64,000 nucleotides of DNA from Minisyncoccota bacterium (GCA_041651655.1 JBAZIW010000003.1:8917-72916), one strand, 5' to 3'; positions 44,179-54,030 are shown, counted from the first letter of the stretch. Made by a program: numbers and translations. The notes: a model not told the origin generated them from the sequence alone.

Positions 44179-44759
44179 ATGTTTACTAAAAACTCGCTGG
44201 CATCTTTTTCAAGAATGATTCTTAACTCTTCTTTAGCTCTTTTACTATAGACCCTAATTGTTGATTCGTTCTTATTCAAGACCTGGGATATTTCTTCGTA
44301 GGACATTTCTTCAAAATATTTCAAATGAAGGATATCCTGATAGATTGGTTTCAATTGCTTAATCGCTTTATTCAAAATCAAAAGATGTTTGTCGTTATCA
44401 ATCTTCTTTTCTATTTCTTCAACCACCTTATTATTATCTCCCAATTCTTTAAAGTCCGGATCATCAATGGTTAATTTGTATCGGTTCTGTTTTCTGAAAT
44501 ACTGATTGACTTCGTTGGTGGCTATTTTAAATATCCAGCCACTGAAACTGAAAGGTCCGTTCCTCCATTCAAACTGGTCTAAATTCTTCAAGGCTTTCAA
44601 GAAAGCATTGGAAGTAATGTCCTTGGCATATTCAGTGTTTAAGACTCTTCGAAAGACATAATTTAAGACTTTGTCGTAATACAAATCAAACAGACTCCCG
44701 AAAGCGTCTCGGTCTTTATTCTGCGCTCTTTCTACTAATTCTTTTACATCTGTGTCCAT
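44175..44759 (-). CDS. ECF-type RNA polymerase sigma-70 family factor
   Basis: Region 2 (DRDAFGSLFDLYYDKVLNYVFRRV) and region 4 HTH (MSYEEISQVLNKNESTIRVYSKRAKEEL). ATG 44759 lies 6 nt after TATAAT. Confidence 0.85.
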   Translation of the reverse strand: MDTDVKELVERAQNKDRDAFGSLFDLYYDKVLNYVFRRVLNTEYAKDITSNAFLKALKNLDQFEWRNGPFSFSGWIFKIATNEVNQYFRKQNRYKLTIDDPDFKELGDNNKVVEEIEKKIDNDKHLLILNKAIKQLKPIYQDILHLKYFEEMSYEEISQVLNKNESTIRVYSKRAKEELRIILEKDASEFLVNI

Positions 44760-44843
44760 ACATCTATTATAATACATTTAAAGGAATATTGTTACAGTCC
44801 TTTGTTGAAAAAAGGGCAAAAATACCCTAAGATTGTATTATTA

Positions 44844-44914
44844 GCGAGATTAGTATAGTGGTAATACGTTTGCTTCCCAAGCAAAGGACGCCAGTTCGAT
44901 TCTGGTATCTCGCT
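44844..44914 (+). tRNA. tRNA-Gly (anticodon CCC), no encoded CCA
   Basis: Acceptor GCGAGAT/ATCTCGC, anticodon stem TTTGC/GCAAA with loop TTCCCAA, T-arm GCCAG-TTCGATT-CTGGT, discriminator T. Confidence 0.85.
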
Positions 44915-44915
44915 C

Positions 44916-46193
44916 ATGAATTTCTATCTTAAAACATATGGTTGCAAGCTTAATCAGGCTGACTCAGAACTGATTATAGGACTGCTATTAAAGGAACATA
45001 AAGAATCCTCAAAAGAAGAGGCTGATTTTGTCGTTTTAAATACTTGCGGAGTAGTTGAGAGAACCGAAAGGAAGATTTTAAAAGAAGCAACTGAATTAAA
45101 GAAAAAAGGTAAAAAGATTATCATTTCCGGTTGCCTGCCTTTAATCTCTTTTGATGAGTGCAATAAAACAGCTGACGGAATTATCGGACCGACAAATATT
45201 TCTTCCATTCCTTTAATTGTTAAAAAAGTATTAAAAGGAGAAAAGGCAGTTGATGTTAAAAAGAAAAAGATTGATAAGTCTGATCTTTGTTTAAAAAAGA
45301 AAAGAGGAGAAAGAGAATCTTGTTCGGCCATCATTCCTATTGCCGAAGGATGCTTGGGCTCCTGCTCTTATTGCGCCACCAGATTGGCAAGAAAAGAATT
45401 GAACTCTTTTGATATTGAAAATATTGTCAAAGAAGCAAAGTCTATCATTTCTTCTAATTTCAAAGAAATACAACTGACTTCCCAGGATCTTTCCGTTTAC
45501 GGAATGGAAAAAGGAAAACAAATGCTGCCCGAATTATTGGAAGAATTGATAAAGATAAAGGGAGATTTCAAAATTAAATTAGGAATGATGAATCCGGGCC
45601 ATGCCTTAAAAATGATTAAAAAACTTTTAAAAGTCTATGAATCGGAAAAGATGTATAAATTCATTCATATTCCTCTGCAGTCAGGAGATAATGATTTGTT
45701 AAAAAAGATGAACAGGGGATATTCTGCTTCTGATTTTATATCCGTTGCCGAAGCTTTTAAAAAGAAATTCAAAGACGGGGTCATCGCTACTGATATCATT
45801 GTCGGGCATCCCTTGGAAACCGAAGCATCTTTTGATAGAACAATTAAAGTTATTAAAAAGATAAAGCCGGATATAATTCATATTTTCAAGTTTTCTAAAA
45901 GAAAGGGGACTCCTGATTTTAAATTAAAAGACTATCCCGACAGAATCAAGAAAGACCGATCAAGAATTGTTTCTGAATTGTTCGAAAATTTGAATCTAGA
46001 GAAGAATAAAAAATATTTAGGAAAAGAATTCAAAGTTTTAATTGTTGAAAAAAGAAAGAACAAATACTTATCCCGAACTGACTCGGGCAGGGCAGTGGTT
46101 TTAGATAAAGGAGAAGTCGGCTCTTTTGTTAAGGTTAAAATAGCTGACTATCGCTGGAATTATTTACTCGGAGAAATCATTGACAATTATTAA
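44916..46193 (+). CDS. radical-SAM methylthiotransferase (MiaB/MtaB/RimO family)
   Basis: UPF0004 N-domain (YLKTYGCKLNQADSE, VLNTCGV), radical SAM CSYCATR, and a C-terminal TRAM-like domain. Confidence 0.88.
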   Translation: MNFYLKTYGCKLNQADSELIIGLLLKEHKESSKEEADFVVLNTCGVVERTERKILKEATELKKKGKKIIISGCLPLISFDECNKTADGIIGPTNISSIPLIVKKVLKGEKAVDVKKKKIDKSDLCLKKKRGERESCSAIIPIAEGCLGSCSYCATRLARKELNSFDIENIVKEAKSIISSNFKEIQLTSQDLSVYGMEKGKQMLPELLEELIKIKGDFKIKLGMMNPGHALKMIKKLLKVYESEKMYKFIHIPLQSGDNDLLKKMNRGYSASDFISVAEAFKKKFKDGVIATDIIVGHPLETEASFDRTIKVIKKIKPDIIHIFKFSKRKGTPDFKLKDYPDRIKKDRSRIVSELFENLNLEKNKKYLGKEFKVLIVEKRKNKYLSRTDSGRAVVLDKGEVGSFVKVKIADYRWNYLLGEIIDNY

Positions 46194-46244
46194 TATTATG
46201 TTATACTAAAGCCAGTTCTTACTATTAAAGAACCGAGGTTTGAA

Positions 46245-46967
46245 ATGGAATTCATCGAAAAAATCCGTAATCTTTACGAGGAAGGGAAGATAGAGGAAGC
46301 AATGAACGCTATCTCCTCAAAGTATCCTCTGATTGACGAAATGCCCAGAGATGTGCTTGAAGTCGAAGCGTGGTGCCTCTTCCGGTTCGAAAAATACGAA
46401 CTGGCAACAAAGGCCGCACTCATGCTGACTGAAAAAGGAAGTCAGAAGGGATATGAGCTTCTCGCTCAAATTGTCGGATATGTGAACAAAGATGACGCGC
46501 TACTGGAGCAAATTTTCCAGAAGCTGCCCGTCAACGTCAGCGTATGTAATGCGTACGCGATACGTGCACGAGACCCGGATAGCCATATCGAGGTCAAGAA
46601 AGTACTCCTGGCGGCTATCTTGTATATGAACGAGGAAGAAATCGCTGCTGCCCATCTCCTCAACAACACTGCCAGACTATTAATGGCAAAAGGTTACGAG
46701 GGTATAAATATGGACGTCGTGACAGCGATCGGGTTCTGGCAAATCTCTCTCTCAAAGTATGGTAGCAAAAACTACCACCATCGAGCGGCAGTCTACTTCT
46801 GGCTATCGAAAGCATATGAAAAGCTCGACATGCTGGACGAAGCCAGAGAAAACGCAAAAAAATCGCTGGCCCTCTGGGTAAAACAAATTAGTCTTGACCC
46901 AGGCAACCCGAAGTTCAACAAAAATCTTACCGGAGCAGAAAAAAGGCTCGAAGAGTTAATGCGCTAA
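46245..46967 (+). CDS. hypothetical helical-repeat (TPR-like) protein, higher GC
   Basis: 240-aa ORF with a helical-repeat-like composition. G+C is visibly above the surroundings. A strong terminator lies at 46985-47010. Confidence 0.55.
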   Translation: MEFIEKIRNLYEEGKIEEAMNAISSKYPLIDEMPRDVLEVEAWCLFRFEKYELATKAALMLTEKGSQKGYELLAQIVGYVNKDDALLEQIFQKLPVNVSVCNAYAIRARDPDSHIEVKKVLLAAILYMNEEEIAAAHLLNNTARLLMAKGYEGINMDVVTAIGFWQISLSKYGSKNYHHRAAVYFWLSKAYEKLDMLDEARENAKKSLALWVKQISLDPGNPKFNKNLTGAEKRLEELMR

Positions 46968-46984
46968 CTCTAAAAAAGCGCAAC

Positions 46985-47010
46985 CCAAGAAACAATTTCT
47001 TGGTTTTTTT
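46985..47010 (+). terminator. rho-independent terminator
   Basis: CCAAGAAA-caa-TTTCTTGG followed by T7. Confidence 0.8.
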
Positions 47011-47081
47011 ATTGTTTTTTTCAATGTTGTTTGATTTTTCAAAATATGATATTCTTTAAGTATTAAATAACAAACTTTATT

Positions 47082-48275
47082 ATGCCAAACTTCAATAAAA
47101 ACATCGTCGGATTGATTCTTATCGCTATTTCTTTTGTTGCCGGCTTCTATTACCATGAATTTATTTTTCAACAGTACTACAAAGCCGCTTACTCTTTTGA
47201 TCAAATCGATTTTTCTCTATTGAAAAAAGTTTGGGATCAGGTTTCAACCGATTACGTTGACCCGAGCAAAATTGATAAGACAAAAATGACTTACGGAGCG
47301 ATTGCCGGAATGGTTGAAGCAATCGGTGACCCTTATACTGAATTCTTTAACCCGGAAGAAGCTAAAAAACTGGAAGAAGATTTAGCCGGAAGCTTTGAAG
47401 GAATCGGATTGCAAATAGGCGTTAAAGATGATCAAATTATCGCCATCTCTCCGATAAAAGGAACACCCGCTGAAAAAGCCGGATTAAGACCAGGAGATTT
47501 AATTTTAGCGGTTGATAAAACACCGACCACCGGTTTATCAGTTGACGAGGTTGTTAACATAATCAGAGGACCAAAAGATACTAAAGTTACCTTAACTATT
47601 TCCCGAGAAGAAACCGGAACTAAAGATATTGAAATCACCAGAGCGATAATTAAGGTTCCTTCCATGGATTATGAAATAAAAGAGATTGCCAATGGAAAAA
47701 AAATAGCCCACATTACTCTTTATCAATTCTCAGACTCCGCATCTCAAGATTTTAAAAACTCGGCAATTGAAATTTTAAACAATAACGTTTCGGGAATCAT
47801 TCTTGATGTCAGAAGTAACCCTGGAGGATTGGTAAATCAAGCCACCGCTATTGCCGGATGGTTCTTGGAAAGAGGCCAACTGATTGTTATCGAAAAAGAT
47901 AAAAACGGGGAACAAGTAGAATTAAAATCAAACGGACCGTCAAACTTTGCTTCTTTACCCGTAGTCGTTTTAATTAATGATGGTAGCGCCTCTGCTTCAG
48001 AAATATTAGCCGGAGCCTTGAAAGATGACAGACAAATACCGATCATCGGAACAAAATCATTTGGTAAAGGGACTGTTCAACAAATAACCAGTCTTGATGA
48101 CGGCTCAAGCTTGAAAATCACTACCGCTAAATGGTATACTCCTTCAGGGGTAGCCATCCAGGATACCGGCATTGAACCGGACATCAAAGTTGATTTGACT
48201 CAGGAAGACTACGACCAAAACAAAGACCCTCAGTTCGACAAAGCAATGGAAGAAATACAAAAACTAATAAAATAA
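47082..48275 (+). CDS. carboxy-terminal processing protease (peptidase S41)
   Basis: PDZ segment GLRPGDLILAVD, catalytic Ser context GSASASEI, and FGKGTVQ. Confidence 0.88.
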   Translation: MPNFNKNIVGLILIAISFVAGFYYHEFIFQQYYKAAYSFDQIDFSLLKKVWDQVSTDYVDPSKIDKTKMTYGAIAGMVEAIGDPYTEFFNPEEAKKLEEDLAGSFEGIGLQIGVKDDQIIAISPIKGTPAEKAGLRPGDLILAVDKTPTTGLSVDEVVNIIRGPKDTKVTLTISREETGTKDIEITRAIIKVPSMDYEIKEIANGKKIAHITLYQFSDSASQDFKNSAIEILNNNVSGIILDVRSNPGGLVNQATAIAGWFLERGQLIVIEKDKNGEQVELKSNGPSNFASLPVVVLINDGSASASEILAGALKDDRQIPIIGTKSFGKGTVQQITSLDDGSSLKITTAKWYTPSGVAIQDTGIEPDIKVDLTQEDYDQNKDPQFDKAMEEIQKLIK

Positions 48276-48279
48276 AAAT

Positions 48280-48732
48280 ATGAAGGTAATATTATTAAAA
48301 GACGTGCCGAACACTGGTCGCAAGAACGACCTCAAAGAAGTTTCTCCCGGCTTTGCCAGAAACTTTTTAATCTCCAAGGGATTAGCAGTTATTGCTGATG
48401 CTGACTCTTTAAAAAAGTTGGAACTGAAAAAGAAAGTTGATACAGAAAATGCTGCCAAGGAATTAAAGGAAGTTGAAGCGATTGTTTCAAAGATTGACGG
48501 ACAGGAAATTGAAATCAATGTTAAGACCGGAAAAGAAGGACAGCTTTTCGAATCAGTTAACAAACAGAAGATTAGCGAACACTTAAAAGAAATGGGATAC
48601 AATGTCGACAAAGAAGATGTTGTTTTGGAAGCCCCCATCAAGGAAGCAGGTGAATTTCCAGTCAAATTAAGGTTCGGCCACAATTTGGAAGCCGAGGTAA
48701 GAATAATAATTAAGAATTCAGAAGAGAAATAG
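48280..48732 (+). CDS. rplI: 50S ribosomal protein L9
   Basis: MKVILLKDVPNTGRKNDLKEVSPGFARNFLI is typical L9. Confidence 0.93.
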   Translation: MKVILLKDVPNTGRKNDLKEVSPGFARNFLISKGLAVIADADSLKKLELKKKVDTENAAKELKEVEAIVSKIDGQEIEINVKTGKEGQLFESVNKQKISEHLKEMGYNVDKEDVVLEAPIKEAGEFPVKLRFGHNLEAEVRIIIKNSEEK

Positions 48733-48767
48733 TTTTTATTTCTCTTTTTGATTAAATATATATAGAT

Positions 48768-50402
48768 ATGGCATATTATATTTTTGTCGGAGGCGGAGTA
48801 ATGAGCAGTGTTGGAAAAGGAGCCGCCACCGCTTCAATCGGAAAAATACTGCAAGGAAGAGGATTTAAAGTTTCGGCTATTAAAATTGATCCTTATATCA
48901 ATGTTGATGCCGGTACTATGAACCCCATTGAGCATGGAGAAACTTTTGTCACCAATGACGGAACCGAATGCGATCAAGATGTAGGTAACTACGAAAGATT
49001 CTTGAATATCGAATTATCAACTGATAATTACATGACCACCGGCAGAGTTTATCAAACCGTTATTCAAAAAGAAAGGAATCTTGAATTCAACGGCCGCTGT
49101 GTAGAAGTGGTTCCCGACATTCCCAATGAAGTAATTTCTCGAATTGAAAAAGTAGCCAAAAAAGACAAAGCTGATTTTGTGATGATTGAAATCGGAGGAA
49201 CAGTGGGGGAATACCAAAATCTTCTTTTCTTGGAAGCAGCCAGAATGATGAAATTGAAACATCCCAAAAAGGTTCTTTTTGCATTGGTTACTTATTTACC
49301 GACCATTAAGACAATCGGAGAAATGAAAACCAAACCATCTCAAACTTCAGCCCGACTATTAAATGAAGCGGGAATTCAACCTGACTTCATTTTAGGCCGA
49401 GCTTCGGTTTCATTAGACGAACCGAGAAAAAGGAAAATTTCTGTTTTTTGTAATTTAGATACAAAGGATGTTATTTCCGCTCCCGACGCCGATTCAATCT
49501 ATGAAATACCTTTCAATTTTGAAAAAGAAGGATTAGGAGACAGAATCTTAAAGAAGTTAAAATTAAGATCCAAAACCCATGACATGAAAGAGTGGGATAA
49601 GATGGTTAAGACGATTAAAAAAGAAAAGGAAGATGTGAAGATTGGAATCGTCGGAAAGTATTTCGAATCAGGAGAGTTCTCTTTAACCGATTCATATATC
49701 TCTGTCATCGAAGCGGTAAAGCATGCTGCCTGGGCCAATAACAAAAACCCGGATATTCATTGGTTATCAGCTCAGAAGTTTGAAACTGGAGACAAAACTG
49801 AATTAAATAAGTTAAAAGAATACGACGGTATTATCGTTCCCGGAGGATTCGGTACCAGAGGAACGGAAGGGAAGATAAAGGTGATTGAATATTGCAGAAA
49901 AAATAAAATCCCTTTCTTGGGACTATGTCTCGGACTACAATTAGCCACCATTGAATTTGCAAGAAATGTTTGCGGTATCAAAGATGCAACTTCAAGAGAG
50001 TTTGATGCTAAAGCCAAAAACCCGGTAATTGATTTGATGGAAGAACAGAAAGATTTAATGAAGAAGCACAACTACGGCGGAACAATGCGTTTAGGTTCTT
50101 GGGATTGCAAAGTCATAAAAGGAACTAACAGCTACAGAGCCTATAAATCAGAATTGATTTCAGAGAGACATCGCCACCGCTATGAAGTCAATAATGATTA
50201 CCGAGATTTATTGATTTCTAAAGGATTGATAATCGGAGGAATTAATGAAAAAAAAGACTTAGTTGAAATTGTTGAATTGAAAGACCATCCGTTCTTTGTC
50301 GGAGTTCAATTCCACCCGGAATTAAAATCAAGACCTTTGTCTCCACATCCATTGTTTAAGGAATTTATAAAAGTAGCGGGAAACAAAAAACCAGAGGCCT
50401 AA
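48768..50402 (+). CDS. pyrG: CTP synthase
   Basis: YIFVGGGVMSSVGKG, the GATase triad context GLCLGLQ, and FVGVQFHPE. Confidence 0.97.
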   Translation: MAYYIFVGGGVMSSVGKGAATASIGKILQGRGFKVSAIKIDPYINVDAGTMNPIEHGETFVTNDGTECDQDVGNYERFLNIELSTDNYMTTGRVYQTVIQKERNLEFNGRCVEVVPDIPNEVISRIEKVAKKDKADFVMIEIGGTVGEYQNLLFLEAARMMKLKHPKKVLFALVTYLPTIKTIGEMKTKPSQTSARLLNEAGIQPDFILGRASVSLDEPRKRKISVFCNLDTKDVISAPDADSIYEIPFNFEKEGLGDRILKKLKLRSKTHDMKEWDKMVKTIKKEKEDVKIGIVGKYFESGEFSLTDSYISVIEAVKHAAWANNKNPDIHWLSAQKFETGDKTELNKLKEYDGIIVPGGFGTRGTEGKIKVIEYCRKNKIPFLGLCLGLQLATIEFARNVCGIKDATSREFDAKAKNPVIDLMEEQKDLMKKHNYGGTMRLGSWDCKVIKGTNSYRAYKSELISERHRHRYEVNNDYRDLLISKGLIIGGINEKKDLVEIVELKDHPFFVGVQFHPELKSRPLSPHPLFKEFIKVAGNKKPEA

Positions 50403-50410
50403 ACCTCTGG
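50391..50410. terminator. bidirectional hairpin between pyrG and rpmA
   Basis: CCAGAGG-cctaaa-CCTCTGG with flanking A- and T-rich runs. Confidence 0.6.
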
Positions 50411-50424
50411 TTTCTCTTTTTAAT

Positions 50425-50703
50425 TTATTTAGCGTCTACATTCACTACCTTAGCCAATCTCTGTGAACCATCAAATATCTTCTTTCTCTTGGTTTCAAAA
50501 GAAACAAGACCGTCCTTTACAGCGTAAAGAGTGTTGTCTTTGCCCATCTTAACGTTGTGACCGGCAATGAATTTAGAACCTCTTTGGCGTATGATAATAG
50601 AACCAATTTTAGCTTTTTGGCCTTCGAATAGTTTAACTCCTAAATATTTTGGTTGGGAATCTCTTCCCAAGCGGCTTGTACCCGCGGCTTTGGTTGTTGC
50701 CAT
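50425..50703 (-). CDS. rpmA: 50S ribosomal protein L27
   Basis: [20 protein letters not shown]...[14 protein letters not shown] is typical L27. Not adjacent to rplU here. Confidence 0.93.
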   Translation of the reverse strand: MATTKAAGTSRLGRDSQPKYLGVKLFEGQKAKIGSIIIRQRGSKFIAGHNVKMGKDNTLYAVKDGLVSFETKRKKIFDGSQRLAKVVNVDAK

Positions 50704-50768
50704 TTTGACTCTTTGTCGATTTTACCTTAATATATATGTATTAATCGGCAGTTATTATTAACAAAGAA

Positions 50769-50954
50769 ATGTTAACAAAAATAATGGATTTTGTCAAAGA
50801 AAACCAGGACAAAATAGTCCTTATTGTCTGTATCCTCCTGATTGCTCTTTTGTGCTTTTTTCTAGGATATATCTTTGCTAAAACTCAAGAAAAAGAGCCG
50901 ATAGAAATAATTGAAGGAAAGAGCTTAATACTAATACAAAATGAAAATTCCTAA
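50769..50954 (+). CDS. small membrane protein
   Basis: 61 aa with one TM (IVLIVCILLIALLCFFLGYIF). Overlaps the uppS start. Confidence 0.45.
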   Translation: MLTKIMDFVKENQDKIVLIVCILLIALLCFFLGYIFAKTQEKEPIEIIEGKSLILIQNENS

Positions 50955-51657
50955 TCACGTCGCAATCATCCCGGACGGCAACAGACGCTGGGCCAAGAAG
51001 AAAAACTTAGCTTCGTTTGTCGGTCACCAGAAAGCTTTTATCGGCCACCAGAAAGGAGCCGGAACAGCAGAAGAAATAATCGAAAAAGCCTTGGAAATGA
51101 AGATTCCATATTTAACAATCTGGGGCAGTTCTTTGGATAATATTTTAAAAAGATCTAAGAGTGAAGTTAATTGCCTTTTAAAGATCTTTGAAAAAGAATT
51201 CGATAAATTAGCTGACAACGAAAAGGTTCACAAAAACAAGGTCAAGGTAGAAGTAATAGGGAAGTGGAGAGAATATTTTCCCGCGTCAACGATTAAGGCA
51301 ATCGAGAACGCAATTGAAAAAACAAAAAACTACGACAAATATTTAGTTACTTTTTTAATGGCCTACAATGGAACCGATGAAATGATTGATTGCATTAAAA
51401 AGATAAAAGAAAAGAGGGGAGACGTGAATGAAAAAACTATATTAGAAAATCTCTGGACTAAAGATTTGCCTCCCGTTGATTTATTAATCAGGACCGGCTG
51501 CGAAAACGATCCTCATCTTTCCGCCGGCTTTATGATGTGGCACACTGCTTACTCTCAATTATATTTTACTAATAAATATTTTCCTGACTTTAAGGAGAAA
51601 CAATTCGAGGAAGCAATAAAAGATTATTCCGAAAGAGAAAGAAGAGGTGGAAAGTAA
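50941..51657 (+). CDS. uppS: undecaprenyl/isoprenyl diphosphate synthase (cis-prenyltransferase)
   Basis: HVAIIPDGNRRWAKK, DLLIRTG and ERRGG. Contains an in-frame GHQKA-FI-GHQKG tandem duplication. Confidence 0.9.
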   Translation: MKIPNHVAIIPDGNRRWAKKKNLASFVGHQKAFIGHQKGAGTAEEIIEKALEMKIPYLTIWGSSLDNILKRSKSEVNCLLKIFEKEFDKLADNEKVHKNKVKVEVIGKWREYFPASTIKAIENAIEKTKNYDKYLVTFLMAYNGTDEMIDCIKKIKEKRGDVNEKTILENLWTKDLPPVDLLIRTGCENDPHLSAGFMMWHTAYSQLYFTNKYFPDFKEKQFEEAIKDYSERERRGGK

Positions 51658-51711
51658 TCAATTGACTTTTTAGTATTTTATATTACTATATAGCCAGCCC
51701 ATAACAACTAA

Positions 51712-52290
51712 ATGGGAGTGATGACAATGATGGCGTTTTACTACGTACCTTTACAAGAGAACAGGATGAATTTCAGCTTGAGCCGTCATCCTACTTTCGA
51801 AAAATATATCGTCAAAGATGGCGTTGGAGTCCTTGTCTGTTATGACAACGAAAGCGACTACAATGAGGAGGCTATAAGAACAAACAACTACGGAGTTCAC
51901 GATACCTGGACTATCATCGAAGGAGAGAATGTCAAAGACGTTATCAAAAAATTCTATCTTTTCTTTGAGGGAACACATATCGGAGGAAATCACATTGACT
52001 CCAAGGCTCTCCGAATAGACAGGGGAAGAAGGATTGTAAAAATTCCTTACTGCCACTTAATGGGAAGAAGTAAAATAGATCAAAGATTTACTTGCGGCCC
52101 AGATGGAATTTTCGGAGGATGCGTTCTTGGAGGAATCACAGATCTTCCAGACGGGGATTGTGCCATGAAAAGATTTTGCCACATCGGTGCATTCGATTTT
52201 TCAAAAAGACTTCCCAAAGGATACGTCATTAAAAAAGTCGTGGTTGAAAACATTGTTTACAACTTTGCCGACACGAGAGCATTAGCTTAA
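51712..52290 (+). CDS. hypothetical protein (higher GC)
   Basis: 192-aa ORF preceded by a TTGACT...TTACTAT promoter-like sequence. Cys/Gly-rich C-terminal half. Confidence 0.5.
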   Translation: MGVMTMMAFYYVPLQENRMNFSLSRHPTFEKYIVKDGVGVLVCYDNESDYNEEAIRTNNYGVHDTWTIIEGENVKDVIKKFYLFFEGTHIGGNHIDSKALRIDRGRRIVKIPYCHLMGRSKIDQRFTCGPDGIFGGCVLGGITDLPDGDCAMKRFCHIGAFDFSKRLPKGYVIKKVVVENIVYNFADTRALA

Positions 52291-52374
52291 ACCAGTAATT
52301 ATTTTTCTGGTTTTTATTTTATTTATAACTTCTTGACAAAATATACTCCTCGTTTTATAATACTCTCAGTAACT

Positions 52375-52731
52375 ATGAACGAGATAAGTAAAGATCCAAG
52401 ACGGGGAACCACAGTTCCTCACAGAATGGTTTGCATATCGAACACCGGCCTTGTTCCTGTCAATGAGATCCCCAAGGATCCAAACCGGCAGGGAAACGAA
52501 CTCTCCATCGCAATGGGGTTTCCGGTAGAAAGGCATGAATATCTTCTCCGGTTAGGAAGACTGAGGGAGATGGTAGAGAATGGTGACATTCGTCCAGCTA
52601 GGGACAACGCCATCAACATGGGCATCGAAGCATCTGATGCCGCAAGCGTTATCGCTTCGGGAATTCTGAAGTATAACGAAGAAATAAATTTGGGAGGCAT
52701 GTTTCCAGAAGTGAGAACATGTTCCTCCTAA
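52375..52731 (+). CDS. hypothetical protein (higher GC)
   Basis: TTGACA 52333-52338, N17, TATAAT 52356-52361, then ATG 52375. This is the first ATG of track ORF 52333..52731. Internal repeat NEISKDPRRG / NEIPKDPNRQG. Confidence 0.45.
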   Translation: MNEISKDPRRGTTVPHRMVCISNTGLVPVNEIPKDPNRQGNELSIAMGFPVERHEYLLRLGRLREMVENGDIRPARDNAINMGIEASDAASVIASGILKYNEEINLGGMFPEVRTCSS

Positions 52732-53070
52732 ATTTTCATCAAACACAGCGAGGGGATACACTTGACAGGCCGCAAAGCCTGATATATTATTAAATCATAA
52801 ACGTCGGACAATGTAGGTTAAGCGACATTTCAGGGGGCTTAAAAGCCCGTGTTACATATCTATCATTGTTTTACACGTTTTAGCCCTAAAATCACGACCT
52901 TTTAAAATGCGTTTATAGAAATCATTTGATAACTATATCACCTGTATTTATTCCCTAAAAATATTTTTGTGAAAAAAAATAAAAATTAAAAATAATTTGT
53001 TTAACAATACATCAATGTTTTACAATTAAGCTCTAATTTACGTTTCTACAATAATAATGATCATAACCTC

Positions 53071-54030
53071 ATGCAAAAATCCAATAAACCAATCATAAAA
53101 CATATTCCTGACTTCTTAGATTATTGTGAAATAGAAAAAGGTCTATCTGATAACACTCAGAAAAACTACGGCCGCTATTTAAAGAAGTTTACCGACTGGC
53201 TGAAGGCCACCAAAAAAGAAAATATGTTGCCGCATGATTTAACTCCCGAAGAAATTTGGAACTATAGATTGTTCTTAGCCAGGTTTAAAGATAAGAACCA
53301 GGACAAGCCGTTATCCAAGCTGACCCAAAACTATTACCTAATCGCCCTACGATCGCTTTTGAGCTTCTTCACTGATAAAGATATTATCTCTTTGCCGGCT
53401 GATAAGATACAATTGCCCAAGGATGCCAAGAAAGAAAAAACTGTGAAGTTTTTGACCTTGGACCAAATAGAAAAACTACTCCTTGCTCCCAATACCGAAA
53501 CTAATGACGGGCTACGTGACCGAGCTATTCTGGAATCCCTCTTTTCGACCGGCCTAAGAATCGCCGAATTAGTAGCTCTTAATAAAGAGCAGTTTAAGGC
53601 CTTAAGTGATAAGAAAGACCTTGAACTTGGCATTATCGGCAAAGGCAAGCATCCCCGTACTGTTTACTTCTCGGAACGAGCCCTGGATTGGGTCAAAAAA
53701 TACCTTAAAACCCGTGATGATGAGGATAAAGCTCTCTTTATTCATTATCGGGCCAGAACCGCCTCAGAAGGCCGTTTAACGGCTCGTTCCATTGAAAGAA
53801 TCGTGAAGAAGTATGCCACGCTCGGCAATATTCCTTTCTTTACCACTCCGCATACTTTAAGGCATAGTTATGCCACGGATTTACTCGGCCAAGGAGTTGA
53901 TTTAAGAACCATTCAAGAATTCTTGGGACACAAAAATATTGCCACCACTCAGATCTATACCCACGTGACCAATAAGAGACTGAGAGATGTTCACCGACAA
54001 TTTCACAGCGGCAAAAACATGAAAAACTAA
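53071..54030 (+). CDS. tyrosine recombinase (XerC/XerD family)
   Basis: C-terminal catalytic region HTLRHSYATDLLGQGVDLRTIQEFLGHKNIATTQIYTHV, and an N-terminal SAM-like domain. Confidence 0.88.
   Translation: MQKSNKPIIKHIPDFLDYCEIEKGLSDNTQKNYGRYLKKFTDWLKATKKENMLPHDLTPEEIWNYRLFLARFKDKNQDKPLSKLTQNYYLIALRSLLSFFTDKDIISLPADKIQLPKDAKKEKTVKFLTLDQIEKLLLAPNTETNDGLRDRAILESLFSTGLRIAELVALNKEQFKALSDKKDLELGIIGKGKHPRTVYFSERALDWVKKYLKTRDDEDKALFIHYRARTASEGRLTARSIERIVKKYATLGNIPFFTTPHTLRHSYATDLLGQGVDLRTIQEFLGHKNIATTQIYTHVTNKRLRDVHRQFHSGKNMKN

Noticed and set aside
50941-51657. In-frame tandem duplication GHQKA-FI-GHQKG in uppS
   Set aside because: It is real in the sequence, but it is a small in-frame duplication in a loop-like region. 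It may be strain variation or an assembly or polymerase-slippage artefact, and it is not a system-level signal.
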